This document shows, one piece after another, positions 16,764 through 26,020 of a DNA stretch of 42,754 nt. The stretch comes from a virus (taxonomy: Duplodnaviria; Caudoviricetes), in IMG/VR virus record IMGVR_UViG_3300037424_000179, positions 1 to 42,754 of that record, one strand, 5' to 3'. Position 1 is the stretch's first letter. Each line of letters begins with the position of its first letter. The notes under the pieces are model-generated. The model worked only from the letters and a program-made list of their open reading frames with translations. It searched no databases and was not told the DNA's origin. Position numbers and translations under genes: made by a program.

Positions 16764-16928
16764 ATGAACCGTTTACAAGTCATGGACTCAATCATTAACC
16801 GCTACCGAGAACTTGAACCTCAAAACCAAATCGAAACACTCCGAGAAATCCTTAAACGAATCCCCGATGCCGACCTCTGGGTGCTTGCTCAAACAATGGG
16901 AATCGTAATCGAGTCTCATCATGAATAA
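16764..16928 (+). CDS. Small hypothetical protein
   Basis: ATG 16764 follows AACCTGGAGG. Confidence 0.6.
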   Translation: MNRLQVMDSIINRYRELEPQNQIETLREILKRIPDADLWVLAQTMGIVIESHHE

Positions 16929-17112
16929 CCCTAAGCGAATCTCACCAATGGAAGTGGCCGACGAAATGGGAATGAGCATTATTGAACTCATGGAAGAATC
17001 TATGGAAAGAGGTATCGCTCCTGCTTGCTGTGAAGAATATTGTGATGTCGAACCGGATGGCGTATGTCCGCACGGCCACCCATCCATCCTTAAAGACCTG
17101 GGGATGCTATGA
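16921..17112 (+). CDS. Small Cys/His (zinc-binding) phage protein
   Basis: PACCEEYCDVEPDGVCPHGHPSIL. Confidence 0.65.
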   Translation: MNNPKRISPMEVADEMGMSIIELMEESMERGIAPACCEEYCDVEPDGVCPHGHPSILKDLGML

Positions 17113-17360
17113 GTGCGCAATCAAACTGGGAAAACAAACGGGCGATTGATTGCGCCGAACACAATCAACCCCATTGCCGAGAATTCCCAGATCATTCATG
17201 TTCTGAATGTCATTCATATCACACCGAAGAAAATGAATTCAATTCCTTCTGCGAACAATGCTCAAACGATTTCTGCTTCACCTGTCGTGGGACTGGTTAC
17301 ATATCAAACGGGAATGTTGAATGCCCAGCCTGTCATGGGTCAGGGCGAGTAACAAAATAA
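17109..17360 (+). CDS. Zinc-finger protein with DnaJ-type CxxCxGxG repeats
   Basis: CFTCRGTG, CPACHGSG and further CxxC pairs; ATGA coupling. Confidence 0.65.
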   Translation: MSAQSNWENKRAIDCAEHNQPHCREFPDHSCSECHSYHTEENEFNSFCEQCSNDFCFTCRGTGYISNGNVECPACHGSGRVTK

Positions 17361-17380
17361 AAGTAAAAGGGGAAATCAAA

Positions 17381-17692
17381 ATGTTATTCCATCATCCAAA
17401 AAGACTCTGCGCCACCTGCCTCGAAACCATCCAACCAAAAATCCATACCCCAGGCCATATCCTGGTCGAACTCATGCTGTGGGTTCTCTTCATCATCCCA
17501 GGGTTTATCTATACGGTATGGCGCAACATGGCCAAGAAAGATGTCTGCCCTCTCTGTATGTCTGACCAATTGCTCCCTCTCGATTCAAAAAGAGCCAAGT
17601 TATTATTAAGCCAGAACGAATTGATTTCTCATAGCACAACTGTCCCCGATCAAGTGAGAAAAATGCCTAACCAAGACAGGAAAGTGGCGTAA
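17381..17692 (+). CDS. Membrane-anchored zinc-ribbon protein (LITAF-like layout)
   Basis: CATC...hydrophobic LVELMLWVLFIIPGFIYTVWR...CPLC; start reassigned to ATG 17381. Confidence 0.65.
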   Translation: MLFHHPKRLCATCLETIQPKIHTPGHILVELMLWVLFIIPGFIYTVWRNMAKKDVCPLCMSDQLLPLDSKRAKLLLSQNELISHSTTVPDQVRKMPNQDRKVA

Positions 17693-17697
17693 CACAA

Positions 17698-17743
17698 TGG
17701 CGGGGATGGTTCAATTTGAGAGGAGTTGAATTCATCCCTGCCA
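17698..17743 (+). other. Long intergenic hairpin without a U-tract
   Basis: TGGCGGGGATG-GTTCAATTT pairs with GAGTTGAAT-T-CATCCCTGCCA, about 20 bp with G-U pairs. Confidence 0.65.
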
Positions 17744-17754
17744 AAGGATTTGAA

Positions 17755-17988
17755 ATGAGGATTCAATGTTTCTTTAAAGGACATAAGAAATTCAAGATCA
17801 TAGCCGATGGAACGAAGGACAATCTCGTGTACCAGAAGGGAGAGCGGATGGTTGATTGTTATGCAGGTGTGCTTTATTTATGCGACTGCGGAGATGAATT
17901 CTATGTTGGGCCAAGGGTTCCATTTGAAACAAAAGAGGAGGATACGAAATGCGTAAAACAACGGAAAGCAAAATCAAAAAAGAAATGA
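17755..17988 (+). CDS. Hypothetical protein
   Basis: ATG 17755 after AAGGA; CFFKGH and CDC motifs. Confidence 0.55.
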   Translation: MRIQCFFKGHKKFKIIADGTKDNLVYQKGERMVDCYAGVLYLCDCGDEFYVGPRVPFETKEEDTKCVKQRKAKSKKK

Positions 17989-18197
17989 AGGAAACCCGTA
18001 AGGAAATAAACAGACAAATTAAAATAATAAACAGCCAGATTGAACCAGGATATACGGACATTGTTGTTGGACTTAAAAATGGAGAATCAATGATTATGTG
18101 CCGAGTAAAGGCCCATGCCTCTGATGTTATTCAATGCCTTCACTATGCATATGACATTTATTGGCCAGATAGAAAAATGGGGAGGAAAATAAAATGA
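17985..18197 (+). CDS. Hypothetical protein
   Basis: ATGA overlaps at both ends. Confidence 0.5.
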   Translation: MKETRKEINRQIKIINSQIEPGYTDIVVGLKNGESMIMCRVKAHASDVIQCLHYAYDIYWPDRKMGRKIK

Positions 18198-18385
18198 AAC
18201 GTATACATACCATTCTCATCATCGGAATCATATACGCACTTGGGGTTATCTCAGCTCCACTATGGATTGGCCTTGTGTCCGCATACGAAGAATCATCTGG
18301 ATCGTGGTCAGCCACAGAGAAAAGGCAGATTATACGATTGCTTGAATCGATTGATAATAATACACAAAGGATCGTAAACAAATGA
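18194..18385 (+). CDS. Small membrane/secreted protein
   Basis: MKR followed by a hydrophobic stretch; SD GGAGG. Confidence 0.6.
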   Translation: MKRIHTILIIGIIYALGVISAPLWIGLVSAYEESSGSWSATEKRQIIRLLESIDNNTQRIVNK

Positions 18386-18395
18386 GCAAAATAAG

Positions 18396-18710
18396 GTGGC
18401 GATGATTATGAGCATTAATTGGGAAGCAGAAATCAAAAAGGCAAAGATGTTTTGCACACAGGCGACGGCATTAAAATATCTTGATCTTGCAGAGCAGATT
18501 CTTAAAGAGAGAAACGAGGCCGTTGAAAATCTGTTTTGCATGGTCAATCAACACTGTCACGACCCCAAGGAAGACGGGCGCTTAAATTCTTATGGGTTGA
18601 CAGACAATATGATGGCGCTTGAATTCTTAGAACGAATGGGTTACGTCAGCATCAAGAAGAGGATCGGCCGGGGTGCGATCGCTGAGATTGTGGACAGAAA
18701 AGAGGGATGA
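18396..18710 (+). CDS. Hypothetical protein (start may be ATG 18402 or 18408)
   Basis: Fills the gap in the tightly packed + strand operon. Confidence 0.55.
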   Translation: MAMIMSINWEAEIKKAKMFCTQATALKYLDLAEQILKERNEAVENLFCMVNQHCHDPKEDGRLNSYGLTDNMMALEFLERMGYVSIKKRIGRGAIAEIVDRKEG

Positions 18711-18711
18711 A

Positions 18712-19389
18712 ATGGAGAAGGGAACTATAAGAGAATTTTCCAAGTATAGAATAGGAAGAATACAAGCTGAAGAGGCATACCAGTTTATCCTCAAAAGGCA
18801 TTACGCCAGAAGGATACCATCCATCAGTTTTTGCTTCGGTCTATTTAGGGACAGGGAAATCGTCGGGATATTAACGATAGGGAAACCCGCCAGCCCTTCT
18901 TTGTGCGATGGTGTATGTGGAAAGGAAAATTCGCATAGAGTGTATGAGTTAAACAGGTTATTCCTTGAGAATGGACTTCCAAAGAACATGGGAAGCTATT
19001 TTATCTCAAGGTGTCTTGGATATTTACGACCACCACCACACCAACACGAAGGTTTTATTATCGTCTCTTATGCTGACACCGATATGAATCACTGCGGATA
19101 CATATATCAATCAACAAATTGGATATACACAGGAATAACAAAAGAGAGAACAGACATCGGAGATGAGGACGGGACACACTCAAGGCACTACGACAAGGGA
19201 TTAGACTATTCAAAGAACCGGAAGCACAGATCGGCTAAACATAGATATGTTTATTTTATAGGGGATAGGGTGTTTAAAAGAAGAATGAATCAGGCCCTAA
19301 AGTATCAGGCTTCTGAATACCCAAAGACAGAGAACAAGAATTATGACACCGGATCATGCGAGAAGCAGATCTATTTATGGGAGGAATGA
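18712..19389 (+). CDS. mom: Mom-family (GNAT-fold) adenine modification protein
   Basis: KRHY..FGLF..GKPASP..YELNRL..IVSYAD....HCGYIYQSTNWIYTG..KHRYVY; start ATG 18712. Confidence 0.8.
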   Translation: MEKGTIREFSKYRIGRIQAEEAYQFILKRHYARRIPSISFCFGLFRDREIVGILTIGKPASPSLCDGVCGKENSHRVYELNRLFLENGLPKNMGSYFISRCLGYLRPPPHQHEGFIIVSYADTDMNHCGYIYQSTNWIYTGITKERTDIGDEDGTHSRHYDKGLDYSKNRKHRSAKHRYVYFIGDRVFKRRMNQALKYQASEYPKTENKNYDTGSCEKQIYLWEE

Positions 19390-19392
19390 GCG

Positions 19393-19581
19393 ATGATAAA
19401 TAAAGAGGGTAAAGAATTTGTCGCATCTATTATTGTTCCTAACGCAAGAAGAGCCGGGATTATGTATCGGGTATTAAAAGCGATTATCGGTGAAGCCATC
19501 GACAAAAAAGCAAGCAAACTAAAAATCATTGTGGAGATTCAGGAGTGTTGTCCGGCATGTAACAGGAGGGCTAAGCGATGA
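19393..19581 (+). CDS. Small hypothetical protein
   Basis: SD GGAGG; ATGA coupling to the next gene. Confidence 0.55.
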   Translation: MINKEGKEFVASIIVPNARRAGIMYRVLKAIIGEAIDKKASKLKIIVEIQECCPACNRRAKR

Positions 19582-19799
19582 CAAATAAAAACAGGGGTGA
19601 TGAACCGGTTTTTCCTCGGCCGTGTGATCCAGGGGAGATGTTTTTCCCTGGCTTAACAAAGAGAGAGTATTTTGCGGCGAAGGCGATGCAAGGGCTTTTG
19701 TCAGATCCGGAAGTCTGTCCAAATAGCATCCAGGCATTGGCGGGCGCATGTGTACGTTACGCCGACGCTTTAATCTTGGAACTTGAAAAGGGGAAATAA
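19578..19799 (+). CDS. Conserved small phage protein
   Basis: PVFP...GLTKREYFAAKAMQGLLS...YADALI motif common in phages. Confidence 0.75.
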   Translation: MTNKNRGDEPVFPRPCDPGEMFFPGLTKREYFAAKAMQGLLSDPEVCPNSIQALAGACVRYADALILELEKGK

Positions 19800-19800
19800 C

Positions 19801-20094
19801 ATGGGCTGTCATCGACTTGTAGACGAAAACAATTCCACGGCCGGATTTCTTTGTGTTCCAACAGTCAAAGAGCAAAAGGTTCGTATACGTAAATGCCCGA
19901 ATTGTAAACGAAAGCGCCGTTTTTATGAGTGGTTCCAAGACTGGTATGGGTGGCACGTGACATGCACGGGGTGCGGCGATCAATGGCAAGACGGGGAAAT
20001 GTGCGAACGCCCGTTTGCTCCACGGTGGCGGATTGAAAACATTGCGAGAGCAAAAGCAAAAATCAAAAGAATGAGGCAAGAAAAGGGGAAATAA
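19801..20094 (+). CDS. Zinc-ribbon protein
   Basis: CPNC...CTGCGD; start ATG 19801. Confidence 0.6.
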   Translation: MGCHRLVDENNSTAGFLCVPTVKEQKVRIRKCPNCKRKRRFYEWFQDWYGWHVTCTGCGDQWQDGEMCERPFAPRWRIENIARAKAKIKRMRQEKGK

Positions 20095-20096
20095 CA

Positions 20097-20402
20097 ATGG
20101 CCAAGCTAACAATTGAAAAAGCGAGGGAGATAGTTTTCAAGGAATTCTACAATCCGGAGGTTGATGAAGGTTTGGTTGTTCGTGCCGGAGGGTTTATTGA
20201 GGGGCATGAATCGAGGGAGCCTGAAATTGAAAAGAAGGATCAGCGGATCAAGGAACTGATTGAGGTTGGTGATATGCTGTTTACGGCGGCAACAAATGCG
20301 AAGCGATTAACTATGGGGCCATCTTATGAGACATGGGACACGATCATGATTGATCTGCTGGACGCTATCCGAATGTGGAAGGTGAAGAAGGGGTTGAAAT
20401 GA
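20097..20402 (+). CDS. Hypothetical protein
   Basis: Operon packing, ATGA coupling. Confidence 0.55.
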   Translation: MAKLTIEKAREIVFKEFYNPEVDEGLVVRAGGFIEGHESREPEIEKKDQRIKELIEVGDMLFTAATNAKRLTMGPSYETWDTIMIDLLDAIRMWKVKKGLK

Positions 20403-20617
20403 ACTGTCCCAAATGCACAAAAGACTGTCACGAAGATGCGAAAGCCTTAAGGGAAACTATCGAGAGCTTAAAGAAAGCGGCTGAGGGAAAAGAGGAAATG
20501 AAGAAATGGTTTCAAGAGAAGATCCGGGCGTTACTTATTGCCGGGGATGAAATGGTCGACGAGTCTAAGGATTGTTACATCAGCGCTACTTGGTATAAGG
20601 CGAGGGCGGGGTTATGA
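20399..20617 (+). CDS. Hypothetical protein (N-terminal CPKC)
   Basis: ATGA overlaps at both ends; LLIAGDEM resembles LIEVGDML in the upstream gene. Confidence 0.55.
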   Translation: MNCPKCTKDCHEDAKALRETIESLKKAAEGKEEMKKWFQEKIRALLIAGDEMVDESKDCYISATWYKARAGL

Positions 20618-20835
20618 ACGAGCAGGAAGCTGAAAATTTCATCAAGGTATGGGATGCCAAACCAAATACGATAAACACATTATCCGGGGAATACATGATC
20701 GGAATGGCGGAAGGATATCTTGAGGCCATAGACAAAGCCGAAGTACTTGCTGAGTGTATAGATGGCCTTATTTGTGGTACATGTGATGGAGAAACAGCCG
20801 AGGAAGTTTTGAGGAAATGGGAGAGGGAAAAATGA
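20614..20835 (+). CDS. Hypothetical protein
   Basis: ATGA overlaps at both ends. Confidence 0.55.
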   Translation: MNEQEAENFIKVWDAKPNTINTLSGEYMIGMAEGYLEAIDKAEVLAECIDGLICGTCDGETAEEVLRKWEREK

Positions 20836-21014
20836 CTAAGAAAGATAAAGCAAGAATTGAAGAGCTAGAGGCTCAAGTAAAATGGTTACAGTTTCAAATA
20901 GATAAACTTCAAGAAAGACGTTATTCACCACCAGTATGGGTATATCCACAGCTATGGCAGACATATCCAGTTGTTACATGCTCATCTAATACAACAGTAA
21001 GTGGTGTCAAATGA
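20832..21014 (+). CDS. Small coiled-coil hypothetical protein
   Basis: ATG 20832 overlaps the upstream TGA. Confidence 0.5.
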   Translation: MTKKDKARIEELEAQVKWLQFQIDKLQERRYSPPVWVYPQLWQTYPVVTCSSNTTVSGVK

Positions 21015-21133
21015 CTGAATTAACATCAGCCATAGGTGGAGCCTGTGTAGTCCTATCGAACCAGGAACTCCTTAATGTCACTGTTACTATGCGGAACGCA
21101 TACATTACAATGGGAAGGCAAAAAGAATGTTAA
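21011..21133 (+). CDS. 40-aa ORF missing from the supplied track (MTELTSAIGG...GRQKEC)
   Basis: ATGA overlap with the upstream stop; ends inside the start of the next gene, filling the gap. Confidence 0.45.
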   Translation: MTELTSAIGGACVVLSNQELLNVTVTMRNAYITMGRQKEC

Positions 21134-21411
21134 ATGATATTAAAACAATCCATAACCTTGTCAAGAAATTCCTGGGAGAAGATTTAAGAACCAGAGATGA
21201 TGACACATATCTTCTCTTTAAAGTCTGGAAGCATCAGGGCTTTGAAATACCAGAACCGCTTGCCACCAAGATCATAAACAATGCCGTCCCTCCAGAATCA
21301 GTGAGAAGGGTTAGACAGAAGTTACAGGAGGGTGGCGAATACCAGGGCAAGGCAAGGCAACAAAGACTCTTTGAAGAACAAGAAGTAAAACAATGGGCAA
21401 GACAAAACTAA
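21127..21411 (+). CDS. Conserved phage protein, possibly winged-helix DNA-binding
   Basis: TRDDDTYL..VW...PESVRRVRQKLQ pattern. Confidence 0.6.
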   Translation: MLNDIKTIHNLVKKFLGEDLRTRDDDTYLLFKVWKHQGFEIPEPLATKIINNAVPPESVRRVRQKLQEGGEYQGKARQQRLFEEQEVKQWARQN

Positions 21412-21421
21412 GGAGAATTAA

Positions 21422-21625
21422 ATGACAAATGAATCACGAGTAAAAATTGCCGTATCACTACTAGTAGACGGGGAACCGATGTGGCACTTAGCACTCGACA
21501 CAAATCCAAAAGCATTAACACGACTCGGGATGGAAGAGTATACGAAGGTTGTCAGGTCAGCCGAAACAGAATTAAAAAATCAAATCATTAAGCATGAGAA
21601 AGCATTAAAATCCAAGGATGAATGA
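21422..21625 (+). CDS. Hypothetical protein
   Basis: SD AAGGAG. Confidence 0.6.
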   Translation: MTNESRVKIAVSLLVDGEPMWHLALDTNPKALTRLGMEEYTKVVRSAETELKNQIIKHEKALKSKDE

Positions 21626-21637
21626 TAAAATATCCTA

Positions 21638-21988
21638 ATGACTATATCTAAACGAACTCTTGATCGAATCAAACTTATCCTTGAACAGGAGAACGATCAC
21701 CAGGAAAAAGAACTCCTCCAGCTCGCCACCGCCTATACGGATTTAAAGGAATCTGTCCTCGAATGGATTACCTTCTGGATGGAACACGCCGACACCGCAC
21801 TCAAGTCAACCGATCATTCAGACTGGAGGAATATCCTTTCTTCCATTTCCGGTTCGATGAAAGGCTCCATAGACGAACTCTCCAAAGATATAAAAGACCT
21901 AACACATGAAACGGATTCCATGTTAAAATATCAGAATGTTCTACCGGATGAAAGTAACGGAGACAATACGAAAGACGGTACTCGTTGA
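21638..21988 (+). CDS. Hypothetical helical protein
   Basis: 116-aa ORF in operon. Confidence 0.55.
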   Translation: MTISKRTLDRIKLILEQENDHQEKELLQLATAYTDLKESVLEWITFWMEHADTALKSTDHSDWRNILSSISGSMKGSIDELSKDIKDLTHETDSMLKYQNVLPDESNGDNTKDGTR

Positions 21989-22130
21989 AGCCGACGACGA
22001 ACAATCAGCACACGCCAAAGCTAGAGATGGATTCGGTTCCGGTATTACCTTCCCCAAACATGAAGTCTATACTGAAGTCATAAAGATAGACGCAGACCCT
22101 CAACCCGAATATAAAAATCTCTCTGAGTAA
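21936..22130 (+). CDS. Small hypothetical protein
   Basis: VTETIRKTVLVEADDEQSA pattern seen in small phage proteins. Confidence 0.55.
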   Translation: MFYRMKVTETIRKTVLVEADDEQSAHAKARDGFGSGITFPKHEVYTEVIKIDADPQPEYKNLSE

Positions 22131-22177
22131 TATATATACGAAACACCGTATAACCCATTACACTTATATATAATCTC

Positions 22178-22206
22178 TTGTATTTAATAAGTAAACGGTT
22201 TATTAT
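22178..22206 (+). promoter_or_regulatory. Putative promoter of the packaging/structural operon
   Basis: TTGTAT-17 bp-TATTAT in an AT-rich gap; predicted start coincides with ATG 22213. Confidence 0.5.
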
Positions 22207-22212
22207 ATTGGA

Positions 22213-22719
22213 ATGTCTGAAACAGCCGAACCATCTGATAATAAAAATCGTTTAACTAATAACAGATCTAACAAGATGCATTTGAAAGATCCTTTCCTGA
22301 CTGAATACAGGAAACATGGAACCATTGGCCTTGCGTGTGAGAAGGTCGGATTAGAAAGGCGAACGATTCAAAGATGGCGGCATGAAGATAAAGAGTTTGC
22401 TGAAAAGTTTATTGCCTGTGATCTAGGCATAACAGAAGTGTTGGAAAGATCCGCCCTTGCCAGAGCCTTGGATCGTAACAGTCGGGACTCGGCTACACTC
22501 ACCATCTTTCTCCTCAAAGCACGCAACCCAGAGAAGTACAAAGAACGGTATCAGCAAGACCTTGATCCGAAGGTCGTTGAAACAATGGTGAGCCAATTTC
22601 TTAATGCGGTGAAGAAACACGCTCCTGACTTCTGCCCTCACTGTAAGAACCATCTCGGCCTTCCAGAGAAAATCTCAAAAGAGTTGGAAACACTTTCCAA
22701 TTCCTTAAGCAATTCATGA
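22213..22719 (+). CDS. terS: Terminase small subunit
   Basis: HTH (ACEKVGLERRTIQRWR..DKEF), LERSALARA, TIFLLKARNPEKYKER; immediately upstream of terL. Confidence 0.8.
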   Translation: MSETAEPSDNKNRLTNNRSNKMHLKDPFLTEYRKHGTIGLACEKVGLERRTIQRWRHEDKEFAEKFIACDLGITEVLERSALARALDRNSRDSATLTIFLLKARNPEKYKERYQQDLDPKVVETMVSQFLNAVKKHAPDFCPHCKNHLGLPEKISKELETLSNSLSNS

Positions 22720-24242
22720 CGGCTCTGAACGCCCACCGATCTCGTCCATACATCAACACAGACAAAATCGCATCCACTGTTTTTTCTAAGGTATCAAAAG
22801 CCATGTTATCAAGGCAGATGGGCTTTCCCGAATTCATGCGTGAAGCCTGGAACATCCTTGAACCTGCCAACCCAATTGTTGATTCGTGGTACATCGAACT
22901 GATATGTGAACATCTCCAATTGGTAACCGAAGGCAAGATAAGAAAACTCCTCATCAACATTCCCCCACGTTCCGGAAAGTCAAACATCGTTACGATACTC
23001 TGGCCTGTATGGTCATGGACACAAAAGCCATACCTTAGATTCATTTTCTGTTCTTACTCATCTTCACTCTCAGTTAAACATTCAGTTGATCGCCGGCGGG
23101 TTATCGAATCGGATTGGTTCAAGCGTAACTGGGGGAGCATCGTCACCCTGGCCGACGACCAGAACCAGAAGAACGAATACCAGAACACAGCCAGAGGTCA
23201 TATGATTACCACATCGGTCGGAGGTACAGTTACGGGGAAGGGCGGTGATGTGATCGTTGAGGATGATATGCTGAACCCTCAAGAGGCCGAATCCGAAGCC
23301 TCTCGTAGCCATACCATCGGGATGCACAAAAACGTCTTATCCTCAAGGCTCGACAACCCTAAGACAGGATCACGGGTTATCGTCGAACAGCGCACACACT
23401 TCAAAGACCTATCAGCCCATGTCCTCAAAGAAGAGGCCGACTGGACTCACCTCTCACTACCAATGAGGGCCGAAGCCGAAACAAAAATTATTTTCCCAAT
23501 ATCTAAAAAAGAAATTGTCAGAAACCAAAATGATTTGTTAAATCCCGAAAGAATCGGCGAACCGGAAGTTGAGGACATGAAGCGCACAATGGGAACTCGA
23601 ACGTTTGTTGCCCAGTGTCAGCAGAACCCAACATCCGAAGAAGGAAATATTTTAAAACGAAATTGGTGGAGATTCTGGTATGCTCCACCTGCCGGATCAG
23701 AGATGACGATCCAATCTTGGGACATGAGTTTCAAGGAAACCAAGACCGGATCATACGTTGTCGGTCAGGTCTGGAAGAAGCGTGGAGCTAATTTTTATTT
23801 GATTGACCAGTGGAGGAAGCGAGTGGACTTTGCTGAATGTATTCCCGCAATGCTTTCAATGAAAGGAAAATATCCTGAATCCTCTGCAATACTTATCGAA
23901 GATGCCGCCAATGGCCCTGCCATCATATCCCAACTTGAAATGAGAATCCCTGGAATCATACCGATCAAACCTATGGGCGCAAAGATAGCCAGAGCGCAAG
24001 CAATCGCCCCATTCGCAGAGGCCGGAAATATTCACCTGCCAGACCCAGTAACAAATGATTGGGTTCATGATTTTATAGAAGAGTGTGCTTCCTTCAAGGG
24101 TGCTACCGGAGAAACGAATGACCAGGTTGACGCACTGAGTCAGGCAATCACATGGTTAAATGGCCTCTCTGTTCCAATGGATAATTCAGAAGTGGACTGG
24201 ATGGGGATGGAAGAATTAAACACAGTTGGAGGATTCGGATGA
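22716..24242 (+). CDS. terL: Terminase large subunit
   Basis: Walker A INIPPRSGKS, Walker B VIVEDD, coupling EQR, nuclease QSWD / LIED / DQVDA. Confidence 0.95.
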   Translation: MTALNAHRSRPYINTDKIASTVFSKVSKAMLSRQMGFPEFMREAWNILEPANPIVDSWYIELICEHLQLVTEGKIRKLLINIPPRSGKSNIVTILWPVWSWTQKPYLRFIFCSYSSSLSVKHSVDRRRVIESDWFKRNWGSIVTLADDQNQKNEYQNTARGHMITTSVGGTVTGKGGDVIVEDDMLNPQEAESEASRSHTIGMHKNVLSSRLDNPKTGSRVIVEQRTHFKDLSAHVLKEEADWTHLSLPMRAEAETKIIFPISKKEIVRNQNDLLNPERIGEPEVEDMKRTMGTRTFVAQCQQNPTSEEGNILKRNWWRFWYAPPAGSEMTIQSWDMSFKETKTGSYVVGQVWKKRGANFYLIDQWRKRVDFAECIPAMLSMKGKYPESSAILIEDAANGPAIISQLEMRIPGIIPIKPMGAKIARAQAIAPFAEAGNIHLPDPVTNDWVHDFIEECASFKGATGETNDQVDALSQAITWLNGLSVPMDNSEVDWMGMEELNTVGGFG

Positions 24243-26020
24243 TTGAAACAATTAAGAAATATTTTGAAGCCAAGAGAAAATCTTTTGATGTAAAGATCCA
24301 AGAGGCAGAAGCTATTGAGCGGATGATTAAAGAGGCTTCCGGCCTTGTGACTGAACGTCCTGGTGATGGTGGATGGTCGAGAGGTGATCCCGTTACTGAC
24401 CAGGAAAAAGGACATTTACAAACCAACCAACTTGAGATGATTCGGAAGGCGAGAGAGTTTTATCGTTGGGACCCAATCGGGCGAGCCTCAATCCAAACGA
24501 TGGTTAACTACATCATGGGGAAAGGATTAAGCATTACTCCCAAGACAGAAGATCCTTTGGCGTGGTATGTGTGGCGTGAATTCTGGACAGCAGAAAGAAA
24601 CAAGATGGAGTTAAAACAATTCGAGATGGTTTATCGGCTGTTCAGAGACGGAGAAGTATTCATTCGGTTTTATGACAAAGACGAAGAAGGAATGTCCACA
24701 GGAAAAACAACAGTAAGATTCATTGATCCTCTCCTAGTTAGAAACCCTGCCTCAGACGGACGCACCGCACCTCAAAACTTTAATAAAAATACAACCAAGT
24801 CTGGAATCGAACACGATTCGAATGACGTTGAAAAGGTTATCCGGTATTGGGTAATGACCAATGCGGACACAGGGGAATTTTATGATGTCCCTGCCGAAGA
24901 GATGCTTCACATTAAAATATTTGCAGACTCAGATCAGAAGCGTGGTGAAACATTTATTCAGCCAGTCATGCGAATGATGAAGCAATACAACCTCTGGCTC
25001 GATAACAGAATCCTTCTCAACAAAATGAGAACAGCCATTGTGATGATTAAGAAAATAACGGGAACACCTTCCCAGGTAACCCAGATGTCCAACACCATGC
25101 GAACAGTTGACAGTGGTGGATCTAACTACACAAAGAAAGAACAGATCCGAGGCGGATCAGTCATTGTTGCCAACCCAGGTGTTGATTATCAGATGCAGTC
25201 ACCTAACATCAATGCTTCGGATGTTAAAGACGATGGACGTGAAATGAAGTTAAACATAGCCGGAGGGCTTAACCTTCCAGAATATGTTTTTGGTGATGCG
25301 TCTAATGCTAACTACGCCTCCTCTCTTGTGGCCGAGGCTCCATTTGTAAAGGCGGTTGAATACTGGCAGATCAGTTTAGAATTCTGGTTCAAGAAACTTT
25401 ACAAGAAAGTTATTAATAATGCTGTCGCCGGTAATGTTCTCACCGAACCAGACGATCAAGAATTTCTTCGTCGACTCAGAACAGTGAATGACCTTCAAGA
25501 AATTGACGGGCAAGAAGATGGGAAGGCTGATGGGATGTCACCAAAAGAACAGGCTCTTAAAGACCTGATGCCGAATGGCAAAGTGGAGACCCCTACGGAA
25601 ATCTTCTATGGTTGCGATATGCAATGGCCCGAGATCATTCATCGGGATCAAAAAGCATTCACCGAATCATTGCAGTTGGCGAGGACGGCAGGGTGGGTCA
25701 GTGATCAGACCGCATCCTCCGCTTTGGGATGGGACTTCAACGAAGAAGTACGGAAGCAAAAGAATGTTGAAGATGAAGCAGAGCTAACAGGCAATCCATT
25801 GTTGGGAATTAAATCTGGTGAAGAAAAAGAAGCCTCTGATGATGGAGAGATGGATGATGAAATAAATTCTGTGATAGCAAGCCTTACGGACAAAGAGAAG
25901 CAGGATATTATTGCAAAGACAGACCCGAAGGAGATTGCCAATATATTAATGGCGAAAACCAACGGGAACGGAGGAGGACAAAATGGCAGTAGCAAAGTTG
26001 GGACAAGCATCGCACAATGA
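24239..26020 (+). CDS. Portal protein
   Basis: Follows terL; RLFRDGEVFI, VRFIDP, GIEHD, VPAEEMLH, GDASNANYASS motifs; acidic C-terminal region. Confidence 0.9.
   Translation: MIETIKKYFEAKRKSFDVKIQEAEAIERMIKEASGLVTERPGDGGWSRGDPVTDQEKGHLQTNQLEMIRKAREFYRWDPIGRASIQTMVNYIMGKGLSITPKTEDPLAWYVWREFWTAERNKMELKQFEMVYRLFRDGEVFIRFYDKDEEGMSTGKTTVRFIDPLLVRNPASDGRTAPQNFNKNTTKSGIEHDSNDVEKVIRYWVMTNADTGEFYDVPAEEMLHIKIFADSDQKRGETFIQPVMRMMKQYNLWLDNRILLNKMRTAIVMIKKITGTPSQVTQMSNTMRTVDSGGSNYTKKEQIRGGSVIVANPGVDYQMQSPNINASDVKDDGREMKLNIAGGLNLPEYVFGDASNANYASSLVAEAPFVKAVEYWQISLEFWFKKLYKKVINNAVAGNVLTEPDDQEFLRRLRTVNDLQEIDGQEDGKADGMSPKEQALKDLMPNGKVETPTEIFYGCDMQWPEIIHRDQKAFTESLQLARTAGWVSDQTASSALGWDFNEEVRKQKNVEDEAELTGNPLLGIKSGEEKEASDDGEMDDEINSVIASLTDKEKQDIIAKTDPKEIANILMAKTNGNGGGQNGSSKVGTSIAQ

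Noticed and set aside
19519-20112. 197-aa minus-strand ORF and the other minus-strand or nested ORFs in the track
   Set aside because: They overlap well-coupled + strand genes and lack recognisable motifs; treated as shadow ORFs
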